From Octopus sinensis (Eukaryota), in NCBI RefSeq assembly GCF_006345805.1, contig NC_043008.1:76322001-76386000 (forward strand): a stretch of 64,000 nt of DNA, read 5' to 3'. The position numbers and the translations under genes are program-made. Below are positions 12,051 to 25,018 of the stretch, one piece after another (positions within the stretch are counted from its first letter, which is position 1; each line of letters begins with the position of its first letter). Below the pieces are notes generated by a model. That model had not been told where the DNA came from, ran no database searches, and saw only the letters and a program-made list of their open reading frames with translations.

Positions 12051-12498
12051 AATTATCGCAAATATACGTTCCAGATATTACCACCAAGTGAAGCAAACAC
12101 AGAATTACACATCGGAGGAATTTACAAGGTTAGTGGAAACTCCTGTTAGTCATAGATGATAAATACTAATTGATACGGTTAGCCGTAATTTAAAGCATAA
12201 TTGAGAGCTGCCACGGTGCCCGCCCGGATAATATGTTCCTCTAAACTCATGCACAAACACACACACACACACAGGCACACATGCATGTACATTTAAGAAA
12301 GACTGGATGATTTGCATTTTTATTACATATGAATACTACTGTTGTCTGTGCCATAAATGATAGAAAAATATTCAATAATAATTTATACAATACTTAACTC
12401 AGATATCATTCTTTAGTATGTAATATATTATAACTGCAAGATCAATATATTTTTGCATGTTCTTTATTTCGCAATATTTTATCGTAATTGATTTAAAT

Positions 12499-12688
12499 AT
12501 AGGCGCAGCTGTAGATGTGTCGTAAGAAGTTTGCTTCTCAGTAACATGGCTTCAGGTTCATTTTCAATGGGTGGTAACTTGGGCCAGTGCCTTCTACGAT
12601 AGACTCGGGCCGATGAATTCGACTAAAAATTCTTCAGCACAGTATCCCAGAATTGCTGCAGTCTAATAACTGAAAGAAGTAAAAGATA
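12499..12688 (+). mobile_element. SINE family A, old and internally deleted
   Basis: aggcgcag head, acttgggccagtgccttctac core, ctgaaagaagtaaaaga tail. Confidence 0.7.
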
Positions 12689-12714
12689 GTACACCGGATT
12701 GGTACACCGTCAAA

Positions 12715-13175
12715 AGCCTGTTCAAGAGCATAGAAAAGAAAGGAATACACTGGCTCAGAAGATCATGTCGATGGTTCAACGGGATGCTCAGAAACCATAT
12801 TGGGATTTTTGAGGGACTCCTTACGAGATGGACTGGAAACGATTCTTGGGTATTCAAGCAAATATCTTACAACAGCAAGTAACGATATTCCAGGATAGAT
12901 TCCACAGAATTTTCTATTTTCTTTTTTGAATATACTGATGATGACAACCTCTTTCAGATTTCATGTGCCTTCAACATCTTCAGAAACAGGGCGAAGAGTT
13001 TGTTTTGCAGCACCAGTACTTTATGTTGCAGTAAGCCAAATGGAAATCTGTCGGTTTCCGGAGCTTTTCTTGTTTTCATACGTTTCATTGCCTTCTGGAA
13101 CTCTTGATAAGACGGGCGAGTATTCATAGAAGGTTGTAATGGATGGAAAGAGACTTTTCCCATGAAGTTTTCTTC
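12715..13175 (-). mobile_element. RTE-like LINE RT fragment
   Basis: PSYQEFQKAMKRMKTRKAPETD.FP..L; I.IFKK...C..Y.GISLL; QYGF..TIDMIF. Confidence 0.8.
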
Positions 13176-13389
13176 TGTTGTGATTATACATACATACTTA
13201 CATAGATATATACACATATATATATATGCGCTCCTGGGTGTGTGTATGTTAATATGTAGGTATTTCCATGTATGCATGTGTACGTATCTACACAAATATG
13301 ACAGAAATAAATAGACATCCATATAATCATTAAAATTTATTTAAATCTGAAATTATCATTCAAATTATTTATTGATATGATTATTTTAT

Positions 13390-13945
13390 ATCTAGTAGAC
13401 ATTCTCTTTGTATTTCTCAATGCAAGGACTCTGTTAGACATATTGCTGACCAGATGACGAATATTCTCTTGCGGAATTTCTTGCCACGTTTCATACATTA
13501 ATGTCAAAACAAAAAAGATCTGGGTTTGAATATACTTTCTTTTTATGAAATGTCCTGTCCATTATGTCCCTGTGATGTTCATTGGGTTTCATATCTGGAG
13601 ACTGGCTTGGCCATGGAAACTTTTTAATGCCATTCTCATCCAACAAACCTTGGATCATTTTAACCGTGTGGCAAGGAGCCCAATCTACCTTAAATAAAGA
13701 GTCTTCTTTTATCCTTTCACCTCTGGAGAAGATTGGAAGGCATCCTTTCTGCAATATCGACTCATATTTATCTGAGTTTGTGTTTCCCTCACACTCCACC
13801 AGCTCTTATCAACCATTGCTCCAAATTGTTCCCCAGACAATTACAGAATATCTGCCGCGTTTCTTGGTTGGCTGCAATCTTTTCACATCAAATTTTTTAT
13901 CACAGTCTCCAGACCCACATTCGAACACTGTCAGGAAATACACTA
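13390..13945 (-). mobile_element. Tc1 transposase C-terminal fragment
   Basis: D.APCH..K....L....I...PWPSQSPDM.P.EH; WQEIPQENIRHLVSNM..RV. Confidence 0.85.
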
Positions 13946-14351
13946 AATAAACTTATGGAGAAACTACCATGAAGACACCCAACTACAACTAGCAGACCCC
14001 TATTAATAATTCAATAACAATATTAACAAAACAGCTAAATATTAATCCCAATATAATACAAAATCCAAACAAATATATACGTTTTTATTATTATTTTGCA
14101 ATTTACTTAATCATCGGTATATTATTGTTATTTTAATTTTAAAATTTCTATTATATGAAATTTTCTAGATGGTGTAATTTAATTCTTCATTTTGAATTGA
14201 TAGAAGGTGTTTTTTATTAATTTATATATATATATATAGATATAGATATTGTGAAATTTGATTTAGTATTTCTAAATTGAATTTTTCCCTGTAAGTTATG
14301 AATAATCTGCCCTCAAATAATAATAATAATAATAATTATTATTATTATTAT

Positions 14352-14392
<41 letters not shown>

Positions 14393-14541
14393 CAATTTAT
14401 AAGTAAGCGCAAAAGAAAAAAACTCTAATGCTAAAATATGCCGAAAATAGACACAACCTCAATAACCATGTAATTTATCACTACAAGCCCGTGTTTCGAA
14501 GAAAGCCGACAGAAATTTCTAAAAGAATCCCGTTATTACCA

Positions 14542-14595
14542 TATCAGACCCGATTTCAGAGTTAGTTCATAAGAACCTTCCCTTCATCAGTGATA
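14542..14595 (-). ncRNA. Minimal type I hammerhead ribozyme, core intact
   Basis: TATCA-CTGATGA-AGGGAAGGTTC/TTAT/GAACTAACTCT-GAAA-TCGGG-TC-TGATA: perfect 5-bp stem I, 11-position stem II with two mismatches. Confidence 0.75.
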
Positions 14596-14603
14596 AATGC
14601 GGC

Positions 14604-14735
14604 AAAGAAATAAGTGAAATACTTACTTATACCCATGGAATAAGTGATCACTAAGTCATGAGCACACATAATTGTGCTCATGACTTAGTGTTCACTTCTT
14701 CCATGGGTATAAGTAAGTATTTCACTTATTTCTTT
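14604..14735. repeat. 132-bp palindrome (63-bp arms, 2 mismatches, 6-nt loop)
   Basis: aaagaaataagtgaaatac...gagcaca-cataat-tgtgctc...gtatttcacttatttcttt. Confidence 0.95.
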
Positions 14736-14767
14736 CGACGCAAATTTCTCTCACTCTGTCTTCTGTT

Positions 14768-14875
14768 GGCCTGCTCGCTTAGCCAGCGGGGTGGCGTCAT
14801 TTGAACGCTAAAACAATGCAAAGCGCACTGTGATCAGCGATGTGTAGCAACATCTGATAGCCTGGTCGGTCACGG

Positions 14876-14877
<2 letters not shown>
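14768..14877 (+). repeat. Interspersed repeat fragment (probable SINE 3' part); second copy at 53656-53732
   Basis: ggcctgctcgcttagccagcggggtggcgtcatt..ctaaaacaatgc occurs at both loci. Confidence 0.75.
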
Positions 14878-14908
<31 letters not shown>

Positions 14909-15364
14909 GTTTTTTTCTGCGATGATAGATTTGATAAGCGGTGCTGTGTATTTTACAACTCTGTAATTAATATTATTGATATTTGAATAAGCTTAAAGCT
15001 TATTAGCGGTCACAATGTCTTGACTAAACGAAATAGTTTAAATTTGGAACATATAAACCTTCGACAGGAAAATGTTGATTTTCCATGGGCATGGACCTGA
15101 AATCACACCTCTGTGTTTTCGCAACAAATGTGCTATCATTATACGAACCTTGTCTCTTTCCCTCAGATTTAAGAACTAAAATTCTTCGTCGCAAGAACAC
15201 AGAAATCTGAATTCGTGAAGACACAGAGGTGTTGACTCGATTCCCACATGTACAGGAAACCCACTAAACCCACATTTTTCCAATCGAGGGCTTATACGCC
15301 CCAATATTTAACTATTTTGTATAGTCAATACACGGTGATCACTTATAAGCTTTAAGCTTATAAA

Positions 15365-15367
15365 AAG

Positions 15368-15441
<74 letters not shown>

Positions 15442-15497
15442 CATCATATTATTATTATTATTATATTATTATTATTATTATTATATTATTATTATCA

Positions 15498-15560
<63 letters not shown>
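15365..15560. repeat. (ATT)n microsatellite
   Basis: Direct reading; a second (ATT)n tract lies at 16300-16358. Confidence 0.95.
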
Positions 15561-15561
<1 letters not shown>

Positions 15562-16299
15562 CATTGCCTTTGCACAGCTTCTAGCACTGGAGATGTACTA
15601 CGGTGTCAGCTGTTCACTAACAGTGAAAAAGGTAACACATCTTATTTTTCGAGCACCTTCCGGGGTATTCGAGCGGTTCTATGCAGTGCTGTTTTCTGAA
15701 AGGGCGCCAGCCTTATTGCAGCCATGTACTTCTCAAATGTCTTACTCACTGCTCCCTAGGCTGCGACAATTATTGGTACTACTACCACCTTTTTCAACGA
15801 CCACAACTGCTTAACCTCCGGAGTTAGCCTGTTATATCTGTCGACTTTTCTTTCTTCTTTATCGCATACTTTGTTGTCAGCTGGGCATGCTATATCTATG
15901 ATCCAGCATCATTTTCTTTCTTTCTCAGTTAACACTCTGTGTGGTTTCCTATTCTCTATCTCATGGTCACACTGAATCATAAAATCACATAGGATCTTTG
16001 CATTATCGTTTTCGATGATTCCACTTTTTTGCTCTGTCAAGTCCATAATTGTTGCAAAGTGCCCAATGGACAATCCTTGCAATATTGTTATGACGTCTCT
16101 TATATTCTTTCTGAGTTAGTGGTGTACATTGACTGGTAATATGGCATATGGTTTCATAATTTGTCTACAGATGATACACTTATCACTTTCTGATGTGTTG
16201 TCTATTCTGTATTTGATGTAATTCGTTCTTAGTGCTTGCTCTTGGGCAGCACAGATTAGAACCTCCGTTTCCGGTTTTAAATCACTTTTAGTCATCCAC
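15561..16299 (-). mobile_element. R4/Dong-like non-LTR retrotransposon 3' fragment (CCHC knuckle + restriction-like endonuclease)
   Basis: LKPETEVLICAAQEQALRTN..KC.IC..H.TS.C; H.NIARIVHWALC; KILCDFMIQCD; CWIIDIACP.D..V.DKEE.K..Y; VVVVPIIV.ALG. Flanked by (TAA)n on both sides. Confidence 0.85.
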
Positions 16300-16340
<41 letters not shown>

Positions 16341-16870
16341 TATTATTATTATTATTCATAGAATATATATATATATATATATATTTACCACTGATATTTA
16401 TGGTGTCTTCATTGATATCTAAACTGACGGTAGGTTGTGGAAATTGTATAATTAGAACAGTCTGATTTTGTGTCGCACATATTTTTATATTTCTTATTGT
16501 TTTTATATTGAATTTTGATTGTTGTCAGTGACTTTATTTTTACGTTGACTGCAAACACATAATCATAAAACGTATTATTTTTATTTGGATAGCTCTTCTC
16601 CATAGAATTAAATATTTAATTAATTTGAACGTATTAAGTTGTTTGTTCAATCGGTATGGAAGTTATCACATTAAACTGACTTCTTATTTAAAATGCGATA
16701 GAAAATATTGTAGAAACTTAATCTAGTATATCTGTGTCACTTTTAGGAATATATGTAAGGTTCCCACCCTCACTATTATATGGTGACAAAGCCTTCGTAA
16801 TCTCATATGACGTTATGATGTGAGCAAGCGCCTCTCTCATCAGTTTAATTGGTCCGATACAGGTTGTCAC

Positions 16871-17030
16871 CCATTTGTTTTAAAGCCAGAATAGTGCATG
16901 GATTCAGAAACCTTGATGACCATATTTACATCATGACCATATGTTACGATTCCCATCTCCTCAGAGAAGTCAAGGAAGTATTGCTCCTGTATGGTACTGT
17001 TATTTATATTTAAAGTGCTTGCGCGCACGC
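16871..17030 (-). CDS. Candidate exon, unassigned
   Basis: Acceptor tttgtttttcacacactacatacag; open phase-1 frame VRASTLNINNSTIQEQYFLDFSEEMGIVTYGHDVNMVIKVSESMHYSGFKTNG; ends at a weak donor GTGACA or an in-frame TGA. Confidence 0.3.
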
Positions 17031-17761
17031 CTGTATGTAGTGTGTGAAAAACAAAAACAAGGAACACCATCTGTAATGTCTCAAATACTCTATTGGTACG
17101 TTTATTTCAATAAATTCCGACGTAACATTATAATAACCAGTCTAAAGTTGCTTGAGGAAAATTCACCTGGTATTTCTTCGGACTTCAATTCAAACTCATA
17201 CCAAGGTCAATTCTACTTTTTATCCTTTCAGGATCGAATATTGAAACTACCAGCTAAATATTTTTTCACAAAATTTGTATCACTCTGATTAAATTATCAA
17301 CTATCAATCATACCGTTTATCAATCATACCAGTTATATTCGACTCTGCAGTATCAACATTGCTATCATGTCACATTTAGAAATGTAATACCGAAAAGCGG
17401 TGAACAACGTATCAAAATCTCCTAAGTCTTCATAAATACAGTATTTTATAAGATTTTAGGGCCTCCATATTATTTCTCTACATCGAAACGGCTACTGGGT
17501 TCCGATAATGCTTCAAGTTTAAAGGCTATTGAATAAAATGGAAATTAACATTTTCAAAATATCTCAAGTAAATTCTCACCGGATGTGATAACTTGATAGA
17601 TTACCAGCTAACACTAAAGTTTGCAGAATTCATATTCAAATGATGATTATTAAAGAAATTCTGGATATTAATATATAAGAATTATTTTTAAATGCATTAG
17701 AAAGAAGAATGATTTTAAATCTAAAACATAATAATGAATGTTAATCTCATATCCCATTCAC

Positions 17762-17851
17762 CTCGCAGCAAGTGAGAGAATTCTGGGTTTATAATATTTA
17801 ATACTTGCAACGTTAGAAGCTCGGTGGAGGCTATAATACATTTGAACCAAA
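17762..17851 (-). CDS. Candidate 90-nt symmetric exon, unassigned
   Basis: Acceptor tccacttccag, donor GAG|GTGAAT; phase 1-1 frame WFKCIIASTELLTLQVLNIINPEFSHLLR (a phase 2-2 frame is also open). Confidence 0.25.
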
Positions 17852-17857
17852 CTGGAA

Positions 17858-17894
17858 GTGGATTATAACTGAAACTATTTCAGTTATAATCTAC
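17858..17894. repeat. 17-bp-stem hairpin
   Basis: GTGGATTATAACTGAAA-CTA-TTTCAGTTATAATCTAC. Confidence 0.8.
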
Positions 17895-19674
17895 CGCTAT
17901 TTTCGGTCATACTTTTGTTTCGTGTTTCAGTTACATTCCATTCTCAAATTCCTGCACTTGTTGAACTCAATCTTTTGCTTTAACATTTGCAGATCTATTT
18001 TAAACGTATAGAGAATTATCTCTACCTTAAGCTCAACACTGAACACTGAAGTTTCGGGGAATAGAAATATAGCTAACAAGGCGATTCGCAGATATTAGAA
18101 TTCAATAAAAGCGATTTACTTCATAGTTTTGTCAGAAATTATATGCTATAAAGAAACACCATGAAATGAAACATGACTTCTGCATAAATATAGAATCTCG
18201 TAGGTTGTTGCCTTGTCGTATAAAATAATTTGTGATTGAACTCAGCAAGGCGGACTAAAAATACGCAAATAAAGTCTTGGTTATATCTCAAAACCAGTTA
18301 CGAAGTATCAATTCTTTATTCGATATTCTGAAATATTATGGACTCTGCCAGTTATTAACACCTATAATTTTATACACCGGCACTAAGCAGACTAGACAAA
18401 CTGGAAGTATCAGGTAAAATCGTTTTTTATTTTAACGCTTATTTTAAATGGAGGAACGTTATCGCCCATGAGACTGATTTTACAGGATTTCACTGACTAA
18501 GGGGAGGAAGGGAATTATTTTTCCTCAAATCGGATGCTTGCTTTTGAGGGAACACCGCTAAGAACATCCAGTGGCTCTCTATTGATATCAACCAGGTGAC
18601 AGATTAATTCAACCTTGAAAGAAATAATAAAAGGCATCTCACATCAGCTGAGGTAATGTAAAATAAAATGTGAAGATTTCATCAGAAAGAAACATGTATA
18701 GCTAATATGAATATTTAATCTATAGGGCAACGAAACTGAAACGTTATACACTCGGCCATCCCTTCACTATTTCCTGAATTTGTCCATCGACAAAAACACA
18801 GATATATGTAATATTGGTAATATAATCAATCAACAGACAAACGGATCATACATAAAAATAAATAAATAAATTTAAACATTTTACATTTTCATCCGTATCG
18901 ATCTAGAAACTAAAACGCACATATGTACCATCGATTTGGTAGTTTAGCATATATGTATGTAAACAACCATCTAATTATCTTGTAACCGAAGTCTGCTCAA
19001 CAAACCAAACAACATCATTATTCGATAATATCGTATATCGTTGCTAGTGTTGAAGACGAGCTTCTAATACAAATATTAAGAATTAATGGAGAAACATAAG
19101 AAAATTATAAATAACAGAGAATACTATAATTTACTTCTATAAATCAATAAAATAAAATCAGCAATTTCAAATACATGTGTTTGAAAATTTTATATGTGCT
19201 TGCAAATTTTTCTGTTTTTGTTTGATCTTAATGTGCAAAATTTTGCAAGGAAATCACAATAGATTTAACGGGAAAAAAGTCTCATCCATGGTATTATAGT
19301 ATGCGTAAAGTAAGTAGCTTCTTAGCGAGACATGATTATACAGTAAAGGTGTAATTGAAACAAACCGGAAGAAATAAACATTCCACTGTTAATGTTATAT
19401 AGAATTAAATAAATCAATGGAAGAATTACTAGTGAGCAAAAATAATAAAGTGGATGATATATGCATACATACATATTTAGACACATGTATATATACATAT
19501 ACACAAGCATCAATACTTAAATGTATAGGAAATAAAAGCACATTTTTATATACTTACATGTATATATGTGTGCATTCTGTTATATTACGAATTATATACA
19601 AGCATATATACATATGTATATATATATGTATGTATCTATCTATATATCAATCTAACAATATATAAATATATATG

Positions 19675-19705
<31 letters not shown>

Positions 19706-19715
19706 ATGCGTGTAC

Positions 19716-19761
<46 letters not shown>

Positions 19762-20174
19762 CGCATTTATGTGTGTATACGTGAAAAGGCGTTATATATA
19801 AAATTACATTTATATGTGTATACGTATATATGAATGGAAAAGAGAGATAGATAGGGAGAGAAAAAAGCAAAGAGAGAGAAAATGCATTTGTGCATTTATG
19901 TCCAACTTTCTACATACATTTTCAAGACTTTAGCGACTAGTCATTAAATCTCCATTAAATATTGTCTTTTTTTTCTCTTAGCTCCACAATAATATTTGGA
20001 TTATTCTATATATATATACATTTTTTTATACATTTCTACAAGCATGAATGTATGTGTGCATGTACGTATGCATGTATGTATGTATATGCATGTGTATCAA
20101 TCTGTGCCTGCCTTTGACTCTATGCATATATTTACATGAGTAACAATCTAACAATGTAAATGTCTATATATATA

Positions 20175-21446
20175 CAGGTGTTGGACAAAATAATGGAAAC
20201 ACCTTAAAATTTGAAACAAATTAATTTTAATATGAGGTAGGACCGCCTTTGGTAATAATTACAGCTTGAATTCTATGAGGTATGGATTCCTACGAAGTTT
20301 GAATTGTTTCCAAAGGAATTTTTGTCCTTTCGTCAGCGAAAGCAGTCTCCAGTTCTTGTGATGATGTTGGTAGAGGATATCGACTCCTTACATTTTCTAA
20401 AGTGCACCATAAATGTTCAATAATATTGAAATCTTGGGACTGTGGTGGCCAGATAAGATGTTCAACTTCACTAAAATGTTCCTTGTGCCATTCAGTAACA
20501 ACTTTAGCTGTGTGAATTGGTGCATTATCATACTGAAAGATTGCGATTCCCTCCGGAAACAGTTTCGCAATCATAGGATGAATTTGATCAGCTAAAATAC
20601 CTAAATAGTCATGACTGTTAATTCTGTCATGAAGGGAAACCATTGGGCCGGCGGATTTCCAAGATATAGCCCCCACCAATATCATCACAGATACTCCTCC
20701 ATGTTTAATAGTTGGGAGACGGCAGTCTGGGCCAAATGTTCCTTTTGGCTGTCTCCACACGTATACTAGGCCGGTGGTCGGAAATATGGTAGAGCATGAC
20801 TCGTCCGAGAAAATAACATTTTTCCACTGTTCTACGGACCAATTCTATAAGGTTTTACTCCACTCTAAACGCTTTGCAACGTTTGCTTTTGAAAGTAGTG
20901 GTTTCCTGATTGCAGCCCTCCCGTGAAATCCGACTTTGCGCAGCTCTCGGCAAGCAGTTTTTGTGGAAACTGGGTTCTCGAGATGGTCATTAAGCTCTGC
21001 AGTAATTTTGGGAGCTGTACATTTGTGATCCTTTCTAACAATTCTCGTAAGAATACGACGGTCCTTATCTGAAAGTTTTAATTTTCTTCCGGAGTTTTGT
21101 TTCGACGAGGGTTTTTTTTCCCTCTTTCTCAAAGCCTGTCATTACTATAGAGATAGTACTTCATGATACCCCAAATATTTCGGCTGTTTTCATTACGCTA
21201 GCGCCTACCACACGAGCATCAACAATTTGACATCTTTGAAAGTCCGATTATTCTGTCATTTTAATGAATTTTAACTACATTTTCCTGATGATATCTGAAA
21301 CTAAACAGCAAGTTTAGCAAAACATATGAAGCAACACTAATGATAAATCAAAACCTAAAAATAAACAAGCTTTTGACAGCTTTATAGATATTTCAAAATT
21401 ATGATGCTATGATGCTAGGTGTTTCCATTACTTTGTCCAACCCCAC
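20175..21446 (-). mobile_element. Near-full-length Tc1 element with TIRs and TA flanks; transposase disrupted
   Basis: TIRs caggtgttggacaaaataatggaaacacct / aggtgtttccattactttgtccaaccccac; GRKLKLSD.D.R.L, KPLLSK..V..RLEW, TIKHGG.SVM, FQ.DNAPIH, WPPQS.D.N.IEHLW. Confidence 0.93.
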
Positions 21447-21496
21447 TATATATATATATAATAGAAATAGGTTTTAAAAATAAAATAGAATCTACA

Positions 21497-21692
21497 TGTG
21501 GAAAACATATGGATAAGTGGAGACTGAGAAGCGTGGTTATGCTTAACTAGCAGCAGAGCGATGGACAGTGACGAGGCTATTGAGGTTAGGTTAGATAGAT
21601 AAGATTGGTTCTGTTGTCATTATCACTATATGTACGTCAAATAAACTTTGTTTATAAAGCATCGGTAAGGCAGCCTTGTACTATAATGCAAC
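21497..21692 (+). mobile_element. Possible solo LTR
   Basis: Starts TGTGG, ~195 bp, internal AATAAA, ends ..atgcaac; no convincing TSD. Confidence 0.3.
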
Positions 21693-22827
21693 TTGTATTA
21701 GCAACGTCTTCTTTGCGTTATTCATAAAACCTTCAGTCGTTAGAGGGAGTTGTAAATGTTCATGGGCGTATATTTAATGAAAGATGAATCCAATCAGATT
21801 GCTTCATACTTCTAACGACAGAATATTCTTTTATTATCTACGGAGTATATTCTCACAAGGCTAGCTCTGTGTTTATTCCGGCATGTGATACATATGTATT
21901 TTTAAACACGGAATAAATGTATTGTTACTTTTACAAGTTCACTAATGTGAATTCAAAACAAAGAAACTGCTACACTGATGATACCTATTGCAGCTGAAAC
22001 AAGCGCTTTGAGCTGTCCTCTTATGTCTAGATGGTGAGACAATCTTTTCCTTAATAGCATGTTAGCTTCGGTGACTACCCCAACTTCCTCATTTAGAGTT
22101 GGTTGCAATTGCCACGAGCCATTTGTTTTAATTTTTTTAGGTTTGTTTTACTTTTTCTCGAAGGAAAGATAATGTATATAAGTCCAGAATATGTCTTGTA
22201 TGATATTAGAATATATCATCTTTACTGTCTATGTTTGAGTCACTTGAGAAAGGGCCGAGGGGTGTACTTGATTTCTTTAAACTGCTATCCCACTTATAAC
22301 ATCTAGTGAAAGTATGGTACATACTGCAACGTCGATCATGATTGACTACTGTTGTTCTGATGTGTTTGTTCGTGCGTGTGTAAGTATTAAAGTGTATTTA
22401 AGATAATACGTATTTATACATAACATCTGATTTTATAGATGTATGCAGCCTATTACCTCTGAAATTTCGATATCACTATAGTTTATTTTAAGTCTAACAG
22501 AGATATATGTAAATATCTCATACTCTCACATTCTTACAAGCAATAATGCAATCATATCTATTGTTAGATTTGTACACACACACACGCACACACACACACA
22601 CACATACACATACAAGCACAGTCACAGACACATACATAAGTACGTACGTACAGACATTGACATATTCATATGCGTATGTATCCATATTTACTAATCCGAG
22701 ACAATGCTGTTCTGTGAATCTTCAATTATTATAGTAAAACCATTAGTTCGGAAAGTAAGAATTATTAGTATTATCATAAAATACCTGTGAATGTAATGTC
22801 TGCTCTAAACAGAGATTAGCTGCTTAC

Positions 22828-22859
22828 CCGTAGCGAAACAATCTCGAATGATAGAATGT
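22828..22859 (-). CDS. Candidate 32-nt micro-exon
   Basis: Acceptor ttttattgctttgctatccctacag, donor CGG|GTAAGC; all three frames open. Confidence 0.35.
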
Positions 22860-23314
22860 CTGTAGGGATAGCAAAGCAATAAAATGCCATTAGTCATTAA
22901 ATCGGGTAGAGTGACCTATTTGTGTTGATCAACATTGTACAGGCTCAACCCGCAAAAGAGAATATTATGGTGTGATGTGGGAACATGCAACTTGAAATAC
23001 ATTAAAGAATATTAATAACGAGAGATTATCTGTAAAATGCAATGATAGATAAGTATATCGGAAACGATTTGCATGAATATTTTATTTGTTACTATTACTT
23101 GAGTATTTTACTTAGGTTGTTGATCTTAAAAGGGTTAAGCCTGCAGCAAATACATGTAAAGTGGAATAAGATTTATGAAAATTTGAAATACTAAGAATAA
23201 CGTGGTAGGAGTAACTTCTTTTTTTGTAACTGCAGGACAGCACTAATCAAGTAGACCCGTGATTCAGAGATTTTATGTTAATGATTATCCCATCTTGTTC
23301 CAGATGTAACGTAC

Positions 23315-23345
23315 CTAGGCTACCATTGTAGAATATTTCCTTCCG
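23315..23345 (-). CDS. Candidate 31-nt micro-exon
   Basis: Acceptor atcatttaccattttcacag, donor TAG|GTACGT; only frame 0 is open (RKEIFYNGSL, phase 0->1) and it is phase-compatible with 22828-22859. Confidence 0.35.
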
Positions 23346-23570
23346 CTGTGAAAATGGTAAATGATATCAAAGTGATTTGACAGTTGTTTGTTGCATCTCC
23401 GGTTGCATCGTACAGGTTATCTCCGGCCATAGTAACGCATACATAAGTACCTCGTAACGCGCATATATACATGCATGCATGCGTACATACATACAGTCAG
23501 ACAAACATAATGTATACACACAAACATACACATATATATACATATATAAATATACCATATATATATATGC

Positions 23571-23601
<31 letters not shown>

Positions 23602-23624
23602 CAGAGAATTTCTGTTTCTTTTCA

Positions 23625-23728
23625 GATATCATCAGAAAAAGGTAATTAAAATTCATTAAAATGACAGATCTGTCGGACTTTCAAAGAGGTCAAATTGCTG
23701 GTGCTCGTATGGTAGGCGCTAACGTAAC
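23625..23728 (+). mobile_element. Tc1 5' fragment related to the 20175-21446 element
   Basis: MTDLSDFQRGQIAGARMVGANVT; matches the reverse complement of ~21195-21295. Confidence 0.8.
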
Positions 23729-24362
23729 GTACCTTCCGTGAAGAATGACAATCATTTCTGTGCAGGTCTACAGAACTAGCTCCTTCTTCGTACTCAATAG
23801 AAAGTCTCAGAGTGACTTTGGAAGATTTAGAGACTTGATTGATACAGAAAAGAAGCAGGTGTCGAAAACAGGCATTAAATGTAACAGACCGGACTGCAAT
23901 ACACCAATAATTTAAAAGTATTGTATATATTAAATGGAAAATTTTGCTGAAGCACTAGTTTAACCAAGATTTTCTAATGATCTGATGAGCTAGCTTTCTT
24001 TTGTAAATATACAATTGTATTATACAATGTGTAACATACATATTAGTGTAAGCATGTAAAATAATTTATTATACAGTAAAATTATTATTACATGATGAAA
24101 GTTGTGAAACTACCATAATCCTTGGAATACCAAGTGGTTAAATAAATATGCTCATCTCCCATAACTCCTGACTTTTTATGGTTTATAAACTCCTCGTGCA
24201 ATAATTTAATCGACTGGATTCCCTAAGTTTCCACTGCATTCAACTCACCATTATATTACTTCATACTTGATTACTATGCTCACTGTTATCAGGGTTCATT
24301 AGAACTTTCTATGGTGGCCACATGATTCTATGAGTCCATATATTACACTGCAAATATAGATA

Positions 24363-24692
24363 GTCTAGCTATTTTAACCTGTGCTTCGCTCGGGTTTCAG
24401 AGGTGGTGTTGTTTTGTGCGTGTTATCTCCCACCATTATTCAAACAGCGCACCCTGTCTATCCCATAAATCTGAATGTTTCCCACATTCCTCATCATGGC
24501 AACCAAACAGAGTCCCGAGCGATTTTCAACCCTCCTCAAACCATTGCCCACCCCATTTTACTCCAGTGTACATTTTGGGGCCAATTCGACCCCATCTACC
24601 GCCCCTTAAACCGTTCATTCCCAAAATGAGACAAATAACCAAGAAATCAAACAACTTTCTCGCATTTCAGCCTTATAGATATTGATATAGAT
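24363..24692 (+). mobile_element. Non-autonomous Helitron/Helentron-associated (HINE/DINE-like) element
   Basis: CTAG..aacctgtgcttcgctcggg subterminal hairpin at one end and ..atagat at the other, followed by microsatellite. Confidence 0.5.
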
Positions 24693-24749
24693 ATGCATAT
24701 ACTGTAGTAGTTCGTATTTTTCTTTTCATATAATTATAATAATTATACA

Positions 24750-24869
<120 letters not shown>

Positions 24870-24987
24870 CAACATGCGATGTATTTTCCATCGGGGGCTT
24901 GAGATAAAGATCCACAATAAGTGGGCTAGTGTTTATATTAATACCTGTGATATTAGTCAGTAATAAAAGCAATAAATTCCCGGGTGT

Positions 24988-25018
<31 letters not shown>

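Noticed and set aside
20175-21446. Tc1 element as an active or domesticated transposase
   Set aside because: The ORF is split by frameshifts and stops into separate pieces.
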